NCBI GenBank assembly: GCA_964016885.1 | Contig: OZ024742.1 | Coordinates: 314,092,001-314,156,000 of the forward strand | Source of the DNA: Eledone cirrhosa | Taxonomy: Eukaryota | Reading direction: 5' to 3' | Length of the DNA: 64,000 bases | Shown: positions 57,019 through 64,000 of the stretch, piece by piece | How the letters are laid out: each line of letters starts with the position of its first letter | Numbering within the stretch: position 1 is the first letter of the stretch | The notes under the pieces: model-generated | The model's database searches: none | What the model was told of the DNA's origin: nothing | The model's input: the letters and a program-made list of their open reading frames with translations, nothing else | Translations under genes and position numbers: made by a program

Positions 57019-57742
57019 AAAGAAAGAAAGAAAGAGAGCGAGAGAGAGTAAGAGAGAGGGGGAGAGAGAGAAAGAGAAAGAAAGAGAGAGAGTGAGAGAG
57101 AATGAAAGAGAGAGAGAGTGAGAGTGAGTGTGTGTGAGAGGGAGAGAGTCTGCGGTACAGAGATCTGGGAGACCACAAATCAGAGTAGTACTTGATACAT
57201 AGTACAATAATGAGGTAAAGGCGATTTCAGTAGTAAGCTCTACTCAGTAGTAAGCTCTACAATTACATGCTTGTGTATGTACGTATTTGGACGCGTGTAT
57301 GTATTTATTTCATTTCAATTACCTCTGTATTGTATTTTATTTACTTTATTCTTAACTCTGAAGCGGAGAATCATTCGGTTTCCTAGTTTGAATTTTAGTC
57401 TACGACTTCAGCTATACCATTTACGTGGTTTTGTCTTTGCGAGCAATTGTTCTCCACGCTCCACATATGACGTATTATCTTCGTTTTTTCCGTTCATTGC
57501 CAGAGAACGTCTCTATGAACCACCTAAGAGAACATTAGTCTCCGACTTCTTTTATACCATAAACGTGGTCCTGCCTTTGCGTGTAATTGTTTTTCACCGA
57601 TCCTATTAATGACGTATTATATTCCTTTTTCCCGTTCTTTGCCAGGGAACGTTTCCACGAACCAAAGTATCGTCTTCCTGTCTTCCTTCGGTTGCAACGT
57701 TTTTTGAAATATCCACTTCTGCGTTTACAGATTGACTTTGTT

Positions 57743-57793
57743 AGTTTCAGAAGATCCCGTTAAGGGTGAAAGCAGCGATTCTTTGCTTAAACT
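57743..57793 (+). ncRNA. Hammerhead-like motif with CAGAAGA core (mirror copy at 56200-56250 on -)
   Basis: AGUUU-CAGAAGA-U CCC GUUAA GGG U-GAAAGCA GCGAUUCUU UGCUU^AAACU. Confidence 0.65.
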
Positions 57794-57903
57794 TTAATCT
57801 GTTATTTTAATAAATATTTGCTCTACGGTTCTTATATATTTGATATATATTTATCCTTATCGAGCCCTCTTTGGATTTTAGTCTTCAAATTAATTATTAT
57901 TAC

Positions 57904-57956
<53 letters not shown>

Positions 57957-57964
57957 ATGCGTGC

Positions 57965-58010
<46 letters not shown>

Positions 58011-58359
58011 TCGCGTGTGTGTGTAGACTGATAAAAGCTTATAATATACCATTCATTGATTTTAGTCGAAATTAACAGTTCTTGTATGGGGGAAATGTAA
58101 TATTATAGAATATATAACTTTTAGACATTCCAATTTTAATCTTCTAATTCTTTAATTATTTATGGTCTCGGCTTAAATGAATAATCCCTCATAATATTTT
58201 ATTGGCTTTTGTAATATATTTTACGTTCAGTATTATGAGTAAATGACGTTTCCCAGACATAACGCTAAAAATAATCACTTACTGATTATATACTTTATAC
58301 TTATTCATCAGAATATAGAGTTAGAAATATAGGGTAAGTAGAAAGTAAAGAGTGATGTG

Positions 58360-58395
<36 letters not shown>

Positions 58396-58729
58396 TACTA
58401 AAACTCTGTGATTGCTTGATTGCTTGTCTGTAATGTAATACAGCTAAAAGGGCGCATAATCGGAAAATACTTTGAAAGGAAGTTGATCTTGAAATGGGAA
58501 TACAAATGAAATAAAACAAATTTCGCGTAAATCGGAGCAGGGGTTCCCGAGATATGGGGTTTTCTGGGTACTTTCATAAACAGTGAGAGGGAAAGATAGT
58601 GGGAAAGAGATAGTGGTTGTGAGAGAGTAGATCGAAAGAGAGACACAGAGGGAGGGAGAGGAGACAGAGAAGGAGACTGGAAGAGAGAGCTGGCGGTGTT
58701 ATATATATATATATATCTACAGGCGGGTA

Positions 58730-58995
58730 AAATTCCCGAGATCCATGGAAGAGTTCTCTCCAGCGGTCTCTGTCCCTCATTATCGCTGCCATGTCCTGCG
58801 TCTCCAACAGACCAGTGTCTGCCCTTAGGGCATCAACATACGTTAACCTGGGTCTTGCTCTTCCAGTGTGTCCATGTAGGGGCTTCCACAGGAGCACTGA
58901 GTGCAATGTCAACTCTGGATGTCGGTGAGTATGTCCAGCTAACCTCAGTCTCCTCTGTGTCACTTTTGAGCTGACTTTTGGGAGGCTCCCATACA
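58730..58995 (-). mobile_element. RTE-type LINE 3' end
   Basis: LYGSLPKVSSKVTQRRLRLAGH..LLWKPLHG..GRARPRLTYVDAL..DRDRWR. Confidence 0.8.
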
Positions 58996-59239
58996 GCTCT
59001 GAGTTTTTCATCCTCAGTGTATACTGATTAATATATATATATAAATTTAGCGAGAATCGCATCTCGGCGGGTAGAAATTAGCGAAACGCAACTTCCGTAT
59101 TGTGTAGACAAGCGCTCCATGGATATGAAGATACCAGAGCTATAAACATAAGTTAAAAAGGTCATACAAACGAGATGATGGTTAAGAAGCCATTAACCAC
59201 CAGAGCCAAAGCAGCGAACAAGCTAAACGGGTCAAACAA

Positions 59240-59302
<63 letters not shown>

Positions 59303-59308
<6 letters not shown>

Positions 59309-59726
59309 ATTAATAAATGAAGACATTCACATAATCAATATATGTTTTATTATATATATTTCGAAGGTACTGTGCTGTTTTTTCAGTACGTTCTCGTCAG
59401 ATAAAATACATGAATTGATGTATGACATACCTCAACGGTCTTGATGGTTCAATTCCAGTATTGGCAATACTGGAATTGAACCATCAAGACCGTTGAGGTA
59501 TGTCATACATCAATTTATATATTGTACCTGATGAGGACGTACTGAAAAAACAGCACAGTACCTTCGAAATATATATAATAAAACATATATTTTGATTATG
59601 TGAATGTTTTCATTTATTAATATTCTGAATAATATTAATAACTCCAGAAAACTTCTTTGTAGAGTGCTTTTAATCTATTGTAAAACTATATTCATTGAGT
59701 AATCAATGAACCATATTAATCTTTGG

Positions 59727-59728
<2 letters not shown>
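59303..59728. mobile_element. Hairpin HHR element: ~160-bp arms, essentially no loop, ~100-bp tail at right
   Basis: Centre ccagtattg-g-caatactgg. HHRs at 59345-59406 (-) and 59522-59583 (+). Confidence 0.88.
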
Positions 59729-59765
<37 letters not shown>

Positions 59766-60228
59766 TGTAAGTATTTATGTATGTATTTATGTATCTATCT
59801 ATCGATCGTTCTATTTATGAATGAATGTATGTATATAATTATGTATGCACATGTATGTTATGCACATAAGAGCAAACTTAGGCAATAAATATTGCAATTT
59901 GTAAGAAAACCATATTTATAACCTTTCGTCTGTTTTGTCTGTTACCGCCTACTATAGTCGCAAAGCCAATTTTATCTCCTTAGTGGACATTAAATTTGCA
60001 CATTTACCCTCTCCAGAATCGGAAGATGCAAATTTCAAAAGGAACAACTCATGCATATTCATATTTTATAGATTGCATCCAAGAACAAATTAATAGCCAG
60101 ATGGAAAAATAATCTGCATACGCAGATACCCAATTATCATGGGACTCATTTAAAATCACATTATTCACGACTGTTAAAATTGGTATATACTATAAAGTCA
60201 TACACACACACATACACCCACGCACCCC

Positions 60229-60278
<50 letters not shown>

Positions 60279-60286
60279 CTATCTAT

Positions 60287-60346
<60 letters not shown>

Positions 60347-61026
60347 CAAGCCATAATGAGGAAAACTCTACATACACCTGAGATTTCAGTCACGTAATCC
60401 TATAAGTTTATCAAGTGTAGTAACACTAATTCTGACGCACTACCTCGCTTTTTTCCTGTTTCTTTCTCATTAGCTTATATATATACACACGTATGCACTC
60501 ACTCACAGGCACACATACACATATACACACACATATACACACACATATGTATATAAATATCTACGTATGTATGTGTGGAAAGGTAAATATTGAATATATC
60601 TACACGCACAACATCACTTACATATATTTTCGTTCACCCTCTAATTTTCTGTTTACTGTTTATACAATACTATGGACAGACAAACACAAAAGCGTGTAGA
60701 GACACACACCTATTCACTGACGGTATACTGCTAGAGTTCTGACTTTGTTAACTCTACGTTTTCGTTTTACACCGCCCCCTACACATACTCACATACACAC
60801 TCACCAATATATACTCGTCTGTTACTTCACTGGACATCGTTTGGCTTATTTCAGACGCAGTCACTCAGGGTCGACCAGCAGTACTTTTGGTAGGGGTCGA
60901 AACTACCAAAGTCCATCTCAACGGCCGTTGACCATGGAGTTCTCTGGTCGTTTGTATTCTTATTATTTTTAATAATTTTTTAAAGGTTTCCCCTTAGAAA
61001 TTGTTTTTTGTTTTGTTTTGTTTCCG

Positions 61027-61083
61027 TTCTACAGGACTAGAACTGTTTCATCCTTTGAATGAAACAGTTCTAGTCCTGTAGAA
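61027..61083. repeat. Short perfect hairpin (25-bp arms)
   Basis: ttctacaggactagaactgtttcat-cctttga-atgaaacagttctagtcctgtagaa. Confidence 0.85.
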
Positions 61084-62558
61084 GCCATTTCTATATTAAT
61101 GTTTGTATATAATATATTATGTATTGAGTACCTTACTTACTGTGAACCCAGGACTTTACTTACCGATTGAACCCAGGACTCATACACACACACACGCACA
61201 CAGACCCCCCCCCCCGACATATATATATATGTATGAATATATATATATGTATATATATATATGAATGTAGGCGTGTCCATTTATATAACTTAGACAATAT
61301 TTACATGTTTTATCACGTTGCAGTAAACAGTAATGCATCCGGATGTGATATGAAATACATCCTGGTTTATAACTGGCTGAGTTTTACTAAAATTAAATCG
61401 ATATTTTCATTACTATTTTCTCTTTAATATATTTTTAGACTGATGAAACCAGTTCGGCGAATAGTCACTAAGTTGCTGTTGCTGTTGTTTAAATGAAAGA
61501 CGTTTTAGCTTTGTTCCATCTTATAAGTTTAGGGTTATGTAGCACTCTATTATCTAATGTGGCATTACTTCATTTATTAGAGTAGATGGGGAATTTTAGG
61601 GACATTTACATACTTTTTAAGGTAGGTCAAGTGACCGTAGTGACTTAGTACTCTCGTTGTCTTCGAATACTTGTACAAGGTAAATGAAGTGTTGCTATGG
61701 GGTTTCCTCCTTAATAAGTAAAGAAAGAAGTACAACTGAAATACTTATCAAATTATATGTCGCCATGCCATTGTGAATACACAGAAATTTAATGGAAAAT
61801 GAGCTGAAATCTCTTGACCCACGAATAAAATCTTCAATTTCTTGAATTAAAAACAATTTATCCTTATATTTATTATATAATTTATCTAAAAAACGCTTTG
61901 GTTTATTTATTTACACGAAAATACGTTATTATTTCCCTTGATAATATAATGCCAGACGTCTGAAGTATCAACTATATCTTTTCAGAAAAATATTTGTGTT
62001 GATGCTCATTTTAACCTCTATTAAATGCACACGAAACAAATAATGCGATGGGAAAAATTCCTGCTGTTAATACACAGTTATTCTATATGTTAATACAGAG
62101 TTATTCTATATGTTAATACAGAGTTATTCTATAGCCCAGCTTACGTGACCGATTTATTAATTCCAATAATAACTGTTAATTATAAAAGCAAAATAATACT
62201 GGTTTGATGTCTGTTGTTGCTATATTGAAAATCTTTTAATATAAAATATATTTTTCTTATATAATAATTTTATAATAGCAACTAATTCTGGTCAAATTAT
62301 AAACTCTTTATTGTTGCATTGAAGTTAGCTTCATATTTCTATATTGATTGCTCTTTTCATTCGTATTTACAAACGTGAGTATATATAATTATTCTAATCA
62401 TGGTCATTCAGTGTTTAATATGAAATCAGTGTGTGAAAATCTTACCCATTATATATTTTGCTGGATATTTGTGAGTATGTGTTTGTAAGTGAGAGCAAAT
62501 GTATGTGGTTCTATGTCCGTCGCAATGCTTAGGTTTACCCGGTTGTTTAAATGTTAAT

Positions 62559-62743
62559 AATTGTTTCTACTTTTGGCACAAGGCCAGCAATTATCCCAGT
62601 GTATTACTGGTGCTTTATTTTATCGACCCCGTAAGGATGAAAGGCAAAGTTAACCTCGGCGGGATTTGAACTCAGAATGGCAAGGGCCGTAACTCTATGC
62701 GCCAAAGCATGGTGTCCGACCCTCTACCGATACTGCCAATCCT
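62559..62743 (-). mobile_element. tRNA-derived SINE, near consensus
   Basis: Reverse-complement consensus match. Confidence 0.9.
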
Positions 62744-63576
62744 CCACCCTTAAATGTTTATAATGAGACTATTTATGACCCATAACTTTGGTTCTCGACA
62801 AATAGAGAGCAATAATGTAAGAACAGACTGAAATATGGAGAGTTTTCTATAGAAAACATAAGTTCTCGCGAAAATCAGTTGATTCCAACTGTTTCCTTTT
62901 AATTAAGACACATTAAGTTAATGCTTTAGCCGTGATTGTTCTATAAACATTCGGCATGCCATACCCTTGAAATAGTCTGTAACCGCATTAAAAAGAAAAC
63001 TGGCTCCGTTTTTTGACAGTGTATATTCATTTTCGAACCGATCCACTGTAAATCTCAGGAATTCTCCGTATCGTTTTAAAGTTAGTACTGCCAAAGTAAT
63101 TACAAAAATCCGAGCGAAAAGCCATTGGAACTTATACCTCACATGTTACATAAGTTTACACATTGGACATATTTGTATAAACAATTCCACAGAATTACTT
63201 ATTTTTTAAGAAAGTACAAAATTTCATGTAAGCCGATTAACAATAAATATTTAAATTGTGAAACAAAATGACTGTTACAGAGAAAATATAAAGAAAAATA
63301 TAGTGTGTGGAAAATGTAGACTGAAAATTGTATTATATCTTACATATTCGTTTTGAAATAAATATGTCTGCTCAACAGATACTCTCGTTTTCATATACAG
63401 AGATTAAGATTTAGGTTTATGAAACTATTCAATCTCGATGAAATACCTCGACAATAACTAGATCATTTACGTTAATCATGACAACTCTATATGACTCAGT
63501 TACGATGCTAATCAGTATGTTTGTGTCTTCAAATGTTCAGCTTTCTGACTAAAATATTTGCATTATATTGTACAGC

Positions 63577-63800
63577 AGATTGGCAATATCGGCAGAGCGC
63601 TGGACAACATGCTTCGTGGCATAGAATAAAATAATAATGAATATATATGATATGTTCCATTCTGAGTTCGAATCCCATCGAGGTCAACTTTGCCTTTCAT
63701 CCTTGCGGGGTCGATAAAATAAAGCACCAGTAAGTACTGGGAGCGATTTAATCGAACCCTCCCCTACAAATTGTTGGCCTTGTTTCAAAAGTAGAACCAA
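63577..63800 (+). mobile_element. tRNA-derived SINE
   Basis: Consensus match with a variant internal segment. Confidence 0.82.
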
Positions 63801-64000
63801 TTATATTGTACTATCTCATGTAACACGCAGGCCGCTTTATATCACATTTTAAATTGTTGCTTTATGCAAAATATCTGAGGACAACTTACTTCATATTTGA
63901 TGAAACGTGAACTATGAACAACAGAAAACTGATTATCTCCGACTATAAATGTCACATGTCAATCTGTAAAAAGAAAAAAAAAGGAATTGTATTGCTTATT

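Larger units (their letters stand above)
56088..57904. mobile_element. Inverted-repeat HHR element (arms 56088-56261 / 57732-57904) interrupted by nested inserts
   Basis: ~173-bp arms, (TA)n flanks, A4-core HHR in each arm. Confidence 0.8.

Noticed and set aside
61436-61470. CUGAUGA..GAAUAGUC hammerhead-like string
   Set aside because: GAAA is broken and the stems are poor.

Overview
AT-rich, repeat-dense animal genomic DNA. The tRNA-derived SINE family and the dense (TA)n/(CA)n/(GA)n microsatellites suggest an octopus or other cephalopod (inference). No host protein-coding exon could be supported, and most ORF-track entries are microsatellite artefacts. Recognisable content: a decayed L1-Tx1 LINE, R4/Dong and RTE fragments, an internally deleted mariner, hAT-like and Helitron-like non-autonomous elements, about 18 SINE copies, two decayed Penelope-like (PLE) RT/GIY-YIG copies and a 200-N gap. 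The main signal is about a dozen non-coding inverted-repeat inserts, most of them in (TA)n tracts. Most look like two 5'-truncated copies of the same RNA 3' end joined head-to-head: one ends at the full terminus (an unpaired 30-100 bp tail) and the other stops at a fixed internal point. Most carry a minimal type I hammerhead ribozyme (HHR). By eye I find about 25 HHR motifs from about 8 unrelated families, including U3:A8 compensatory cores in three families and an A4 core in one. Coordinates were read by eye (within about 10 bp), and all folds and identities are manual estimates.
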